From positions 136,028,001 to 136,092,000 of the forward strand of contig NC_042997.1 of the NCBI RefSeq assembly GCF_006345805.1: 64,000 bases of DNA, read 5' to 3'. Both the position numbers and the translations under genes were made by a program. The DNA is from Octopus sinensis (Eukaryota). The notes beneath the pieces were generated by a model. That model did no database searches and was not told the origin of the DNA. It saw only the letters and a program-made list of their open reading frames with translations. Below, piece after piece: positions 36,908-50,000 of this stretch; position 1 is the stretch's first letter, and each line of letters begins with the position of its first letter.

Positions 36908-37630
36908 AAATATACACCTATCACTAGCCCAACAGTAAGGAAAAGGAATAATAGAAATAGGAAGGTCATCTGGTTTACGCCCCCTTACTCACCCGAGGTG
37001 GCCTTCAATATAGGTAAATATTTCCTAGCACTGATAGATAGACATTTTCCAGTTAACCATACTTATAGGAAACTCTTCAATAGACACAATTTAAAAATTA
37101 GTTTTAGATCAACTACCAATTTTAAAAACATAATCAAACATAACATACAAAAAACACAACAACAAAACAGCTGTTCATGCAGGAATAAAGAATTGTGCCC
37201 GCTAAATGGAGCTTGCATGTCCAAGACCATCATATATGAAGCTACCGTAAACTCTATAACCACTAAAGACACCGTTTCGACGAAGAAATACGTGGGCCTT
37301 ACAGAGGGTAATTTCAAGGCCAGGTTCAATAACCACACTTTGAGCTTTAGGAACTGGAACAAAAGAAAAGCGACACAATTATCTAATCATATTTGGTCTT
37401 TAAGAGCTAAAGGTGTCGATTATAACATACAATGGAAGATTTTGGCCAGATGTAAGCCCTATACTAACGGCAGCGGAAGGTGCGGTCTATGCGACATGGA
37501 GAGATGGCTTATCTGGAAAAGCAGCTTAGACCCTACTACATGTCTAAATACAAGGACAGAGCTTTTCGGATCATGCCCACATGTGACTAAATTTCTGTTA
37601 CGTTTTTGGTCCCCTAAAGAAAACAGATAG
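36908..37630 (+). CDS. C-terminal part of the PLE ORF (thumb/linker plus GIY-YIG endonuclease), uninterrupted
   Basis: The provided ORF 36998-37630 extends upstream in frame to 36908 (stop at 36905-36907). Confidence 0.8.
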   Translation, partial: KYTPITSPTVRKRNNRNRKVIWFTPPYSPEVAFNIGKYFLALIDRHFPVNHTYRKLFNRHNLKISFRSTTNFKNIIKHNIQKTQQQNSCSCRNKELCPLNGACMSKTIIYEATVNSITTKDTVSTKKYVGLTEGNFKARFNNHTLSFRNWNKRKATQLSNHIWSLRAKGVDYNIQWKILARCKPYTNGSGRCGLCDMERWLIWKSSLDPTTCLNTRTELFGSCPHVTKFLLRFWSPKENR

Positions 37631-37826
37631 AACATGCTTTCTATGTTATGTCCCAAGAAGAATTTATATATTTTTATATATTTTTATATATTTTTTATAT
37701 ATTTTTTATGTATTTTTATATAATTTTTACATAATTTTTATGACGAAAAATGCGAGCGATGTATAGTTATAACAGAGTAATTTCCCTTTATTTAACGGTA
37801 TTTTTTCATGACATTTTCAAATAGCC

Positions 37827-37889
37827 AGATAACCGAAGAGATGGTGTTGTGGATTTCCACTTCGGCATCTGAAACTCAGAGTTTTATCT
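37827..37889 (+). ncRNA. Type I hammerhead-like motif in the PLE 3' terminus
   Basis: Stem I AGATAA/TTATCT, core CCGAAGA (one substitution), stem II GATG/CATC, GAAA, palindromic stem III CTC-A-GAG, then TT. Confidence 0.55.
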
Positions 37890-37911
37890 TGACTACCGAG
37901 TAATGTAACAT

Positions 37912-37963
<52 letters not shown>

Positions 37964-37977
37964 TATGGCGATAACTA

Positions 37978-38026
<49 letters not shown>

Positions 38027-38240
38027 CGAGGTGGTGCTTAAAAGTTCTTGACTTTGGGTAAAAGGTAATACGGGAGGATCAGTTATGATTTTATTTAACA
38101 TATTTCCCCTCCCAGCTTCACAAATTTATTGCAGCGGTCCTTCTGTTTTTCTAAGCCTTGTAAAAGAACTTGCAACGTTGAGCCTCCAATCAGGTTTTTC
38201 GAAATATCCTTAAAGCCAGGAACTTTTCAACACCCCCTCG
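38027..38240. mobile_element. Mariner-derived MITE, 214 bp
   Basis: TIRs CGAGGTGGTGCTTAAAAGTTCTTGACTTT and the reverse complement of AAAGCCAGGAACTTTTCAACACCCCCTCG, with TA on both sides. Confidence 0.85.
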
Positions 38241-38449
38241 TATGCATCTAATCTAAGATACATATGGGATAGATACAAAGACTAGCACACAGTTATGAAA
38301 CACGCCCTTGTATACTAAACGAAAAAATCAACCGATACATGATCGCAATTTTATCCACACGAGCACCTTGCATTCACACAGACATATATACACAGATAGA
38401 GTTACATATACAAATATATATATATTCATTTATATATAAAAACACACTC

Positions 38450-38539
<90 letters not shown>

Positions 38540-38859
38540 TATATATATATACATATTATGGCCCGTCGTTGGCGGGTGATAGTGCTAGTGCATGTATATA
38601 TGTGTATATATATGTGTACATATTACATGTACATCTATATATATATACATCTACACATAAAATACAAAATACAAAGTTATATCTTGATATTGCTAGTGAT
38701 AACAATACTCAAAATATATAACAGACTGGAATTGTAAGCTCGTCTCTTGCAATTTCGATCAATTGTATCTTGTCCTCCCTCTTTTATAGAAGTGTGGCTC
38801 CAATCCAGCCTACCTCAACTTCGGGGGGAGGGAGCATTTTTTTTTTTATCCTGCACGAC

Positions 38860-39330
38860 CTACGTCCCAGATATAAAGGTAAAAATAAAATATTTCCACT
38901 TTGTAAGTTCGAGTTGAGTACTCCCTTGCACGCTCCGTTGACTCGAACCTTGCTTCTATTGTGGCGAATTTACCGCCTCTGGTTAGATATCTTTCATAGT
39001 CGCACCAAGACACTTTTCGATAGTGCTTTCCTCCAGGTGTTTAAATCTTCTTTTTTCTCTACATTGTATACTTTATAGACAATAGTCTTTTCTTTAATTT
39101 AATTTTTTATTATCCATCTGGACTATTCCATTTCTGCGCGCTAATTTTATTTTTAATTTATTCCCATTCATGTGAAACCACTTATTCAAGTTCAAGTCAT
39201 TGATGCAATTTTATATCACTTGCTATTTTTACCTTTGTTATGATACGATTATATTATACTTTAGTTTGACTTTAATTATTATTTACTACATATTATTCAA
39301 TTGTTATTATTATTTTTATTGTTAAAGTGA
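38860..39330 (+). mobile_element. Possible Neptune-type PLE 3' remnant
   Basis: KNKIFPLCKF resembles the F-x-IFPFYK motif of PLE endonuclease C-termini and is followed by a T-rich tract. Weak evidence. Confidence 0.25.
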
Positions 39331-39334
39331 AAGT

Positions 39335-39577
39335 ATCTGACATAAAATAGAGAAATGTTTTTGTTTCACTTTTAACACGTAATACTGAAATAGTGGAGAA
39401 GATATGATATTGCTATAGGCTCGCTCTAGGCAAGAAGTTGAACATTTTTTGCCGATGACACTCCCCGGAACCTAAGTAAGGCATGTGTAAAATTTGAATG
39501 AAATTGGTTGTGTAGTTCTCAAGTCTTAGGGAAACACGCAGACAGACAGACACACATTCTCAGTTTTATATATATAG
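39335..39577 (+). mobile_element. Possible non-autonomous Helitron/Helentron-like repeat
   Basis: Ends AAATTTGAATGAAATTGGTTGTGTAGTTCTC...(CAGA)n CACACATTCTCAGTTTTATATATATAG, a layout like Lep1/HINE-type elements. Recognised by pattern only. Confidence 0.35.
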
Positions 39578-39699
39578 CGATATATACATACATATATACA
39601 TATACATCCACGCGTGTGAACGCGCTCACGCGCGCACACATAAATAAGCACGCATTTATATCATCGCCATGATAATATAAGATTATGCTCTTTCTCCAG

Positions 39700-40430
39700 C
39701 AGGTAGTGTTCGAAATTTCGCAAAGTGTATTTTACTATTTCTCTTTCCTTTTGTGTTTGCGACATAGGAGTATCTTTCCACCTTCTGATCACCAGTCTCA
39801 TTGTCGTAAGCAGCAATTACTGCAGACAAGTAGATATTCTTTTTTTAGCTATATTCGAATTTGGCACAGGGTGGTTTTCTGAAAATAGATGCCTTTTGAA
39901 GTGGTTAACATGACCGACATGTCAATCTATAACATGAATGGATTTTGATTATTACATCGCTAACAACCTATTTGTACAGCTCGTTAAGGTAATAAAGAAC
40001 CAAGGATTAATACCATTCCTAATTTCTCTGGCAGTGATCCATATATTCCACTGCAGGACGACTCCTGTGGACAGGGGTATCGCGCAATTACCATACCCCG
40101 CCACTTAGTTGGTCTTGAAAACAAGATACATTATCCCATCTGGGCTTCCACCATTACTGGCACACTGAAAATCCTTTCAATTTATAATAAAGTTATGCCA
40201 CCTTTTCTTTTTGCCCCTTTCTTGATAGAGTTGACAAACATAGAAGTAGAAGCCTTCGTACCACATTATTCCACAGACTCTTTTCATTTTAAATGCTGTC
40301 TGATATTCAGAATTAAATTTTACAGGCAACTTTTACATCAAATTTGCTATTTTCATTATAGTCCTCCATGTTGCTGCTTACTGTTTGTGAAAGTCATTTT
40401 TTCAGGTTAGTGTAAATATTTATATTTAAA
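39700..40430 (-). mobile_element. Highly degraded R4/Dong-like RT fragment (copy 5)
   Basis: Minus-strand remnants in the expected order: SLWNNV, WKPRWDNVSCF (compare WKAPGxD..NFW), ITCRSC, GDQK. Confidence 0.4.
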
Positions 40431-40661
40431 AAGAAAAACACCATCCTTACCGTCCACTGTTTGTAGAATTTTCATTCTTTTCAGTGTAGTGTAAATGTTT
40501 ATACTTTCTTTATACACACACATGTAACCGTATTTAGAAATGTTCAAAGATTTCTTCAAAATTCTTGGAGCAGAATTGATAAAATTTTCTTTTTTTATAT
40601 TGCATCTTGCCGCTAACCCAAACGGAGTAGTAGTATTTAAATGACTTTTTTAAAACAAAGA

Positions 40662-41006
40662 AAGGCGGTTACAATACCAGTGATCGTAGGAGCACTAGGA
40701 ATGATCAAGAACGGAACCGAAAATTATATGAGAATGATCCCTGGCTTACCATCCCTGCAAGAAGTGCAAAAGATTGTCTTAACTGGTACATCACACGTAT
40801 TGAGAAGAGCATTGTCGATGTGAGAACTATTACTACCCATGTATTTTAATTTAAGTTTTAAAAAAAATGAACGAACTATTGAGTTTAGTTTTATGGCCTA
40901 CCAATGTATACTATGAGTTTCTTTGCCCTAGGAGTCGGGAAGACACTCGGCAAGAAATGGAAGCAAATTTGAAAGAAGAAAAAAAATAACAATAATAATA
41001 ATAATA
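40662..41006 (+). mobile_element. 5'-truncated Dong copy 6, same family as copy 3
   Basis: Near-identical to 15565-15910 (KAVTIPVIVGALG..RRALSM plus 3'UTR) and ends in (TAA)n. Confidence 0.95.
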
Positions 41007-42057
41007 GTTAGCAATCACACTCATATAACACCCAACCGCCTTAAATTTGAGAATGAAACAGAAAGTTTGGTCCTAGATACGCAAAAAAAAAGACAGAATT
41101 CATGAAACGATTTTGATCACAGATTTCGCCAACTAAAACTGAATGGGTGCTAAGCCACGACTACAAGTCTCTTAGATCTCCTCACAACTATCAAACTAAT
41201 GATTAGTGTAGAGATAAATAGGCATTTCTTAGCAACACGAAATTCTGCGGAAAGATAAACATTCAAATCTTTTAATGCTTTCAGCAATATATATTGACAT
41301 ATCAAAAGCAATAGCGGAAATTCAGTGTACATAACTATAGCTTTTTTCTTCTTTGTAACTGATATCCAAGACTCAGATTTTATGACACACGAAATAAATA
41401 AAAATTAAAACCCAAGGGATATTTCTATGGGTGAGAGCATATCTCAATTTCATGTGCTTTAAATGGAGAGCGAAAAATGTAACCGCTCATATGTTAGTTA
41501 CGATTATGCATATTTCTTATGCATATTTCTCGAACTGCTGTGAGGAATTATTTATATATTTTAACTAAATGCAAAACAGATCCAAGATTAATACAAAATG
41601 ATCGGTCCAAAATCAATAAATACCTGTGTTGAATAGGAATATTTAACCATGTTGCTATCAGTCAAAGAACTTTCGCCTTCGGTCATTTCACTTTCATAAG
41701 TATTGACACATATGGGTGCAAGTACCTGAGCAGTTGCATTTGTGTGTGTGTGTGTTTTGTGTGCGCGTGCGTGTGTGTATGTATATGAGTGTGTGTACAT
41801 ATCTATGTGTGTGTGTGTGTGTGCACGCGCGCGTAAATACGGAAATATAATTCAGTTTTGGGGATTAATAGATATATGGGTATTCTATTTCAGATTATGC
41901 AAAAAAATAACATAACGAGTATACCTGAAGGTAAACCCGTGGTATGTATATGCACATCCAGAAATTATACTTTAAGGATAAAACTAGTGCACCATTTAGG
42001 GTATAAAATATACTTCCTTAATTTTCTCTTACTTAAGTTAAAATTATCATTATGAAG

Positions 42058-42088
42058 GAACTACACGTGTTTCAGTTTTGGAAGATTA

Positions 42089-42142
<54 letters not shown>

Positions 42143-42168
42143 GTAGAATTGTAAATCTGATATTATAT

Positions 42169-42204
<36 letters not shown>

Positions 42205-42243
42205 ATATCAGATTTACAATTCTACCAACACATCTTCAGGTTC
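42058..42243 (-). ncRNA. Hammerhead motif split by an inverted duplication and (TA)n
   Basis: GAAC-CTGAAGA-[about 160 nt: hairpin 42138-42230 plus (TA)n]-GAAA-CACGTG-TA-GTTC. Confidence 0.5.
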
Positions 42244-43019
42244 TTTTTCAAAATATTGTTAACGTAATTTTACATCAGTTGAAAATTAAACGTTAAATTA
42301 ATCATTAAAAATAAAAATTAAAAAATTAAACTTTACAAAATTAAGAATTAAAAAATTATAAATTATAAATATAAATTAGTATACACATATCAAATTTATA
42401 AAGTCGAGTATACAATGTCAAATATAAAATATAAAATTATACGTCAGAATAAAAATGTATGTGATTAAATGTGGAAAATAATGTAAAAACTAAAGATACA
42501 TATCCTCTTTTGATAGAGCAGGATGTCATTCAAAATGGCGATCAAAGGAAGTGAAAATAGCAAAGCACTATGGGAATTTATCGTTGATTAGTTCCAAGGG
42601 GGTAATTCCATTATGGATAGTTTAAATTAAATCATCTATTATAATCTTCTATCCAACTGTGTTGAGGGATATATATATATTTCGTCTTTGTTCATCGTCT
42701 TAAATCAAATTTATTCAATTTCGTGTGTCCACTCTCTATTGTATTGTTTTGTTTGGTTTTGTTTGCTCTCGGCACTATATTCTCCGCAAATTTTTCTGAG
42801 CACCGCCAATATGGTAAGTTCTCAGTCTCATCATTAATGGTGCAAAACTGAGTATTACTAATTAGTTGACAACTGATGAAAAGTTAGTGACATTCTGTGT
42901 CTGTCTCCCGTCCAGTTGTACACTCAATATAAGTTATGTGGTTTGTTTATTTACCAAACATTCTTTCATCTATTAAGTAACGGAATGCAACGCACATCGA
43001 ATTGTATATACATATATAT

Positions 43020-43075
<56 letters not shown>

Positions 43076-43700
43076 TGATTAAATATATAAGTAAATGTAT
43101 ATATATATATATATATAAATGTGTAACAAAGATGTGTAAGTGTCAATTCATTACGGCCGTTTCGAGCGACTCCTTTCATTGATCAATAAAATCATTACAT
43201 TATTACAAACAAACCCATTCTCATCAGACGACCGCATAGACCTCAAGCATAAAGGAAAAGTTAGATATTTAAACATATTCATATCATCAATAGAGAGTAA
43301 ATATTTACAATGATTCCTCTGCTAAATTTTTGGGCAGAATGGAAAAAAGGCAGTACAGCGGTGGGAGGATGAATGAGATTAGCGACCACCTTATCTACAC
43401 ATCGAAATGGGGGAATGTAGTCTTCAAAATATCTAAAATTAGATTTTTGGGGAGTTAGTATCATGACAAATCGTTATACTATTTGAAAAAATAGTATATA
43501 GCTATATCAACACCAAAAGGGTAGGCCATGGAGTGGTAAACAAGAAGTGTTGATAATAGAAAGAGAATAGGGATCGGGATGGCTAATAAGGCTTAATTTG
43601 ATTGTCATCTTAAAGGGAAGTAAAAAGTATTATGGGTGGGACATAAATTGAAGGGATATGTTTTTACCTTAGTTTACATATACCGTTAAAGCAAAATGCA
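42058..43700 (-). mobile_element. Degraded Penelope-like remnant(s)
   Basis: Minus-strand RT-like remnants MAYPFGVDIA (motif B-like) and PFRCVDKV (RYVDD-like), an EN-like tail YPLGTN, and a terminal hammerhead motif at 42058-42243. The boundaries are uncertain. Confidence 0.4.
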
Positions 43701-46169
43701 TATATATATATATAAAATCTAGAAATAAATCTCATATATAACTAAATAAGAAGATAACGTATAATTTAATATATGATGATAGAAATTTGCAGTATATAGC
43801 GATTTTTATGAAATAAATTAGAAATTAGAAATTGCCACCAAATTTTTATGCTATACACACTTTAAAAATATAAAGAAATAAAAAATGAAAGTAAAAATAT
43901 AACCAAATATAAAAATAAAATATAAGAAAATATGGAAAAATATAAAGGATATATACACAAGCATGAACATATAAAATATTTATATATATATAAAAATACA
44001 AAGTGTAAAAGATATAACTTTATAATTTTAGGTTCGCAGTACACAGTGCGATATATGAACAACTTTAAAACCGTCAAAGTATTAATAAAATATACAAAAA
44101 TTATGAAAAAAGGTATGAAGTGTATATAAAATCTTAAGATATAAGGATGTAAGATATAAGATTTATAAAATATACGAGGAAATATAGGAAAATATCAGAG
44201 ACAAGAAATATACGGAAAGCTATAATAAAAAATTTGAAAAGAGATATGCTTAAATGAATTCTTTCTTAAAAAGTTTTATAAAGTAAGCCAATAAAAGATA
44301 CTATACTAAGATATATAAAAAGGAAATAAGGTAATATAAAATGATAATAAAGAAAATATGATAGTGGAATTGTTATATAAATTTTTATAATCAGAATATT
44401 TATCAATTATTAATATAGATGGAAAAAAGCATAAGTATACCGGGTTATAATAAAAATAAAATAGAATTCAAATTATCATTAGAAATAGGTTAAGAAAATA
44501 TATTTAAAATACAACGAGGAGCAAGAATTGAGGTATGATAGTAACAGATCATAGAGGGTATATTTTAGAATCAGGAGAGATTTGAAAATTAAGGACTCGT
44601 TGGGAAAAAATGATATATTTATATTAACCATGATAGGATAGATACACCACTGGTATTGGGTAGGTATATATTATGATTACTAAGAGTTAATAGATCAAAG
44701 GGGTTACAGGGAAACTTTTTTAGTCGCAAAAAAATTATATGATATACTAAATAATTATCATCGCCTAAAGTATTTAAAGGTAGGGTAATCTTATGAACAC
44801 ATGACAGTCTACGATCTAATTTATTAGTAATTAAGTTGTTCATATCTCAATATTTAAAATGTTCATACAATTCCATACAGCATAGTTTACATCCATATCG
44901 GCTGTTTGTGTATGGTTGAGCTCAAAGCACTAAATCCAATTTAAGACAGAAATCGATATTATTGTCTTTAAGTTCCCAGATTTTCGTGCGTAATGAGGTA
45001 CTATAATTTTATACTCAAGTCTAAGGATGAAAAATAGTTAGTCAATCGTTTTTCACATTTACTGAGCACCCTATATAAATATAATGATGTAATGCTTTCA
45101 TTGATCAATTAAAGGACTTACTCGAAACGGCTGTAACCAATTGAAACTTAGACAAATTTGTTACTCATTTATATTTTACTCACCTACCCTGGAATCTGCA
45201 CGTCGCAAGTATAATGAAAGTATCTTTATATAGAGTACATGTTTGAACAAACAAGAGCGAATTTATTCACTTTCTTGGATTCTGCCATCTGCATACGCAG
45301 CATGAATACTCTATGTAAAGTCTGACAGTCACCTAATATTGAGTGTGCAAATAAGTTCGTCCTAACAAGGTGCCTCAATGTAAGTACCTAATTCAACTGA
45401 AACTAAATTACATTTTTATACATATGTGTGTGAGTGAGTGTTTGTGTATGCGTTTTTTTGTGTGTGTTTGTGCGTGCACGTGTGTCTGTGTGCGGGGGGT
45501 CTGTGTGTGTATGCCTGTGTGTGTTCGTGTGTGTAATTATGTATGTATAGAAGCTGTTTTAGACGTGTCCAGGATGTATAAAGATGTACAAGGCAGAGGA
45601 AAGGAAGTTATTTCCTTATCTTTCATTTCGGCATAACAAGATAAATAATTATATTGTAAAGCACTGAATGTAACAACGATTATTGCTTCCTGGAATGTTC
45701 TGCAACTACACACAATATTTAGTATGCACACAAGCGCACTGTCACATTCTTTCGGATCCTAGGACATTCTTTAAATACATAACACTCTAATCCAGCATGA
45801 AATCAACCTTATAGAATATGCAGCACGCATTGTGAATATTATCGGTTTATCTTAGCTAATCCTTCTTCAAACATTACCTAAATGATAATCATCGGTATCA
45901 CGTCAATAATAGTAATGGCAACAAAAACAAAAACAGCAATGATAATATTGATGAGGATAATAATAACAACGATGATGATGACTATAATAGAAGACTTTTT
46001 CCCTATATTTGCCGCCAGGACTAATTCATTCATATAATAAATGCGTGTTGAAAAGTCGTTAAAAAATGTGTGCAGATGGACAGATGATAGTTATGAACAA
46101 ACAAGAGAAGTTGTTAAGGTAAATAGGCAGACGACAGACAGACAGATACATACATTCATTATTTTCTTT

Positions 46170-46708
46170 TTTCTTTTACTTGTTTTAGTCATTGGACTTT
46201 TGTCATGATGCAGCACCACCTTCAAGAATTTTTTGTCGAATGAATCCCACTATTTAATGTTTTTAAAGTTTTGTACTTATTCTATCGGTCTCTTTGCCGA
46301 ATCACTAAGTTAGGGATGTAAACACACCAACACCGGTTGTCATGCGATGGCGGTAGACAAAGAATAATACAAAGACACACAAACATGCATACACACACAC
46401 AAACACACACATATATATATATATAATTAAGGGTTTAGCAACAAGTTGCTTCACCACATACCAAAAATTTAGAAATAGCAGCCAAAAGACAGCTAATTCT
46501 TTTAACTACAAATATGACTCCACAGACAATATATATATATATACATTTATGACAGACTTCTTTCAGTTTCCGTTTACCAAATTCACTAATAAGGCTTTGG
46601 TCAGCCCGAGGATGTAGCAGAAGACACTTGCCCAAGGTGCCATGCAGTGCGCCTGGACCCGGAACCGTGTTTTTGGGAAGCAAGCTTCTTACCATACCTC
46701 TACGCCTA
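46170..46708 (-). mobile_element. SINE family B with an insertion in its central microsatellite
   Basis: Family B head and tail. An extra ~100 bp at 46425-46530 resembles 51160-51210. Confidence 0.8.
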
Positions 46709-46716
46709 CTCTTTCT

Positions 46717-47099
46717 CTCTTTTACTTGTTTCAGTCATTTGACTGCGGCCATGCTGGAGCACCGCCTTTAGTCGAGCAAATAGACCCCGGGGCTTTGTAA
46801 GCCCAGTACTTATTCTATCGGTCTCTATTGCCGAACCGCTAAGTGACGGGGACGTAAACACACCAGCATCGGTTGTCAAGTAATGCTAGGGGGACAAACA
46901 CAGACACACAAACACACACACACATATATATATACATATATACGACAGGCTTCTTTCAGTTTCCGTCTACCAAATCCACTCACAAGGCATTGGTCGGCCC
47001 GGGGCTATAGCAGAAGACACTTGCCCAAGATGCCACGCAGTGGGACTGAACCCGTGGTTGGTAAGCAAGCTACTTACCACACAGCCACTCCTGCGCCTA
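46717..47099 (-). mobile_element. SINE family B (tandem with the previous copy)
   Basis: Closely similar to 26181-26584. Confidence 0.88.
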
Positions 47100-50000
47100 C
47101 ATTAGAATTCTATTTGAAACGTATATGCAGAATAAATAATGACCACTAATCCATTTTTACTTTGGTTGGTTGTACCTCGGGGAGCTCAGTATCACACGAG
47201 GAATTGATTTTTAGCAACTTTTAGACCAAAAGCTTACTGTTTATCAATACGCTTCTGGGTGTTCTTGGTAGAGGCATAGGAAATCGCACTCCAGCAACAC
47301 ATTTGTGGTTTCATTTTATTTTTCTTAGATCAATCATAAAATTAAGCAGTCTATGTATTTTCACTTCAGAGCTCTCTGCAGTGAACCAACTCCACGGGAA
47401 CAGATATCACTTAAGGCGTTTCAGGGATACTTACGATGTTTTAAACGCTTTCTGTTTGGATTTACCTTCCTTCTTTATTTGATGTCTTTTCCTCTTTTAC
47501 CCTGTCACTTTTATTGAGCTATCAATTGCTCCCATCTTAGCCTAACAGTTGGACTGTCTGTCCAGCAAGACTTATTGCAAATGTTTTAGCCACCCAAAGC
47601 AGATATCAAGCCTCGTGGCTTGGAGAAGAGTCACTGGGACACTAAAGTTCATACTGATTCATCCAGACTCTTCCATAAGTTTTCGTCAGCGTTGCACTCA
47701 CTACTAGTCCACATTGCAGCACAACGATGACATCCACTCAATATTTCTGCAAGTGAACGTGACTCTCAACCCTATTTTCTAGTGTATTGCTGTATAAATC
47801 TTTGAGCATGAGTGTGTCTACACAATCTTTGCTTGTTGCTTCTCCACGCATTCGATCTTGAATACTGTTTGTTAATGTTCATAATTTCATTCGTATTTTT
47901 TTCATGACTCTTGTGAAAATGTTTTGGGGATTTTGGGGGTGGTGCTGTTGTTGTTGTAACGGATGAGTGTGTGTGTGTGTCTAACCGATCGCGTTTGTTT
48001 ACTGTCGTTTAACGAAGAAGATATTTTCAATTTTTTTTATTTTTCCATAAATATTCTCGAAGAAAGGATAAATAAGAAAAAAACCTTCATTTCCTTGAAT
48101 ACTATTCGGCACAAGAAAACGCAGAGAGCAAAATTCGATAAAATATAATCCACAGAGTAGAGCACAAATGAAAATGTCTTACCAACACAAGAAGTAACAA
48201 AAGTAACATAATAATGATGATGGTGGTGGTGGTGGTGGTGGTGGTGGTAACGAGGAGGATGATGATGACGATGATAATAATAATCACAGCAATGGCGCAA
48301 ATTGTGTGTATATTTAGATTATATTGACAATGATCATATGTCATATAGCGTAACTCTGGGTGTTATTCTTAATGACTTGTTTGATCTCTTTGTTTTCTTT
48401 TGCTGTATTCGTGCTTTGTTTATGTCGGAAGTGAGAAATTCTAAACGTTAAGCTCAGTATCATGGATAAAATTACTAGATGATATTTATTTAGACAACAG
48501 AAGAATGAAGTAATAGTTCTTTAAAACAATCTTAATCCTAATTTAAATATGTCTTCAACTTTGGCACGATTTCATTGCTATCTAACTCCAATTTTTATTC
48601 AAATGAAAAACACAATTAATTTCCTTTAGCGCAACTTTTTTAGACATGTAAATATGAGGTTCCAATCGTAATCGGAAATGGAGTGAATGATAGTTTCCAT
48701 TCGGTTTTATTCAGTAAAATAAAGATGGATAAATGAATAAAAGGCATGCTTCACGTGCTTCAGTATTTGTCTTCTTTCGCTTTTAGTTCCAAATCTCTTG
48801 TTTAAAATATACAAAAAAGAGGTGAATACATTTTTGGTGCTGTCAACCTTAACCAAGCAGACCTATGATCGAAAGTGTTCTAGTCCTAACCATCTCCCTC
48901 CGACAGAGATTATGTAAAACCATATTATCCAATGTCTCTTTCCTCTTTCAAAAGTGTAAGGTGTGAGCTAGAGTGATTTCACTGTTAATTCTAGCAGATC
49001 GAGTGACAATGGACTGCATTTGTTGATTCATTCTGTAAGCATGCTGCTTTCTTTCTCTCTCTCTCCCCGCTTTCTGTGTTTGTATGTGGATAGCGTGGGA
49101 GAGAGAGCGCGTGTGTGTTTGTGTGTGAGGGGGGGTGAGTGTGTAGGCGTGTTTGTTCCTGCAGTATATAATGGTACAATCTCAAGTGAAATCTTTTGTT
49201 CTTCTAAAAGTAACTTCATTGTCAAAACCCCTGTCATTAGATATTACATCCTTTCACATGAACAAACGAGGAAGCATTGTGAACCTACTAAAAATAACTG
49301 CCAAATCTTCCTCAACTCACAACTTTCGTAACTTACTGTCTTGGTAAATGCAAATACATACGATAATGTAATCCATGAAATAAATCTAAATAAAATAGGA
49401 TATAATCTGGGTTATAACAGGAGCGACTTAAATCACAAGATCGATTTGTAAGAAATGCTTGTATGAGTTAAACAACAATAACAACTTATTTAATTTCCTT
49501 CTTAGCCGGAGTCAATTTTATACTGTTCCAATGCCTACACTAAACAACTTTAAAAGTTATTCTTCCCCAAACCATACAACTTTTGTATTCTAGGAATCCC
49601 TCCATAACTACATGTTATTTTTGAAATGTCAAACTTGTTTCACTTTACCGAAAGATTCCGCTGTCTGATTTGTTCTCCTTGTAGCATAACAGCCGAAAAT
49701 ATCTGCTAAAAGCGCGGCACAGTCTTCTTGATTACAAAATAAAAATTTCACGCATTTTTTCAGATCGACAAAAATTATGTAGCTCTATAACCATGAAGTA
49801 AATTGCATATTGTATGGATATTTCTTTTAGATTAATGTGCTGTGTTAAAGTTAAGTGTGAAACATACAGAAAACAGGTAATTCTACCCAAGAGGCATTAA
49901 GAACGCCTTATTTTTAACAGTGACAATCGTTGCTTATAAGTTCAAACAAACCTCGCTTGTTACATAGAACTGCACTCAGAGCCATGTGTCGCGTGATTTT

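Larger units (their letters stand above)
36889..37915 (+). mobile_element. 5'-truncated Penelope-like element inserted in (TA)n
   Basis: Open frame 36908-37630: IWFTPPYS, CSCRNKELCPLNGAC, IIYEA..KYVGLTE (GIY-YIG), RFNNH, WKILARC, CGLC, RTELFGSCPH. T-rich 3'UTR. (TA)n on both sides. Confidence 0.92.

Noticed and set aside
43140-43235. CTGATGAG...CTCGAAACGGCCGTA on the minus strand, with a related sequence at about 45100-45140
   Set aside because: The GAAA and palindromic stem III part is suggestive, but stem I could not be assigned consistently in both copies.
43800-44620. Extremely A-rich quasi-periodic tract
   Set aside because: Low-complexity sequence, possibly the complement of a T-rich PLE UTR. 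No defined repeat unit or ORF.
47160-47890. Possible RTE-type LINE remnant on the minus strand
   Set aside because: Only faint motif resemblance, too decayed to support without an alignment.
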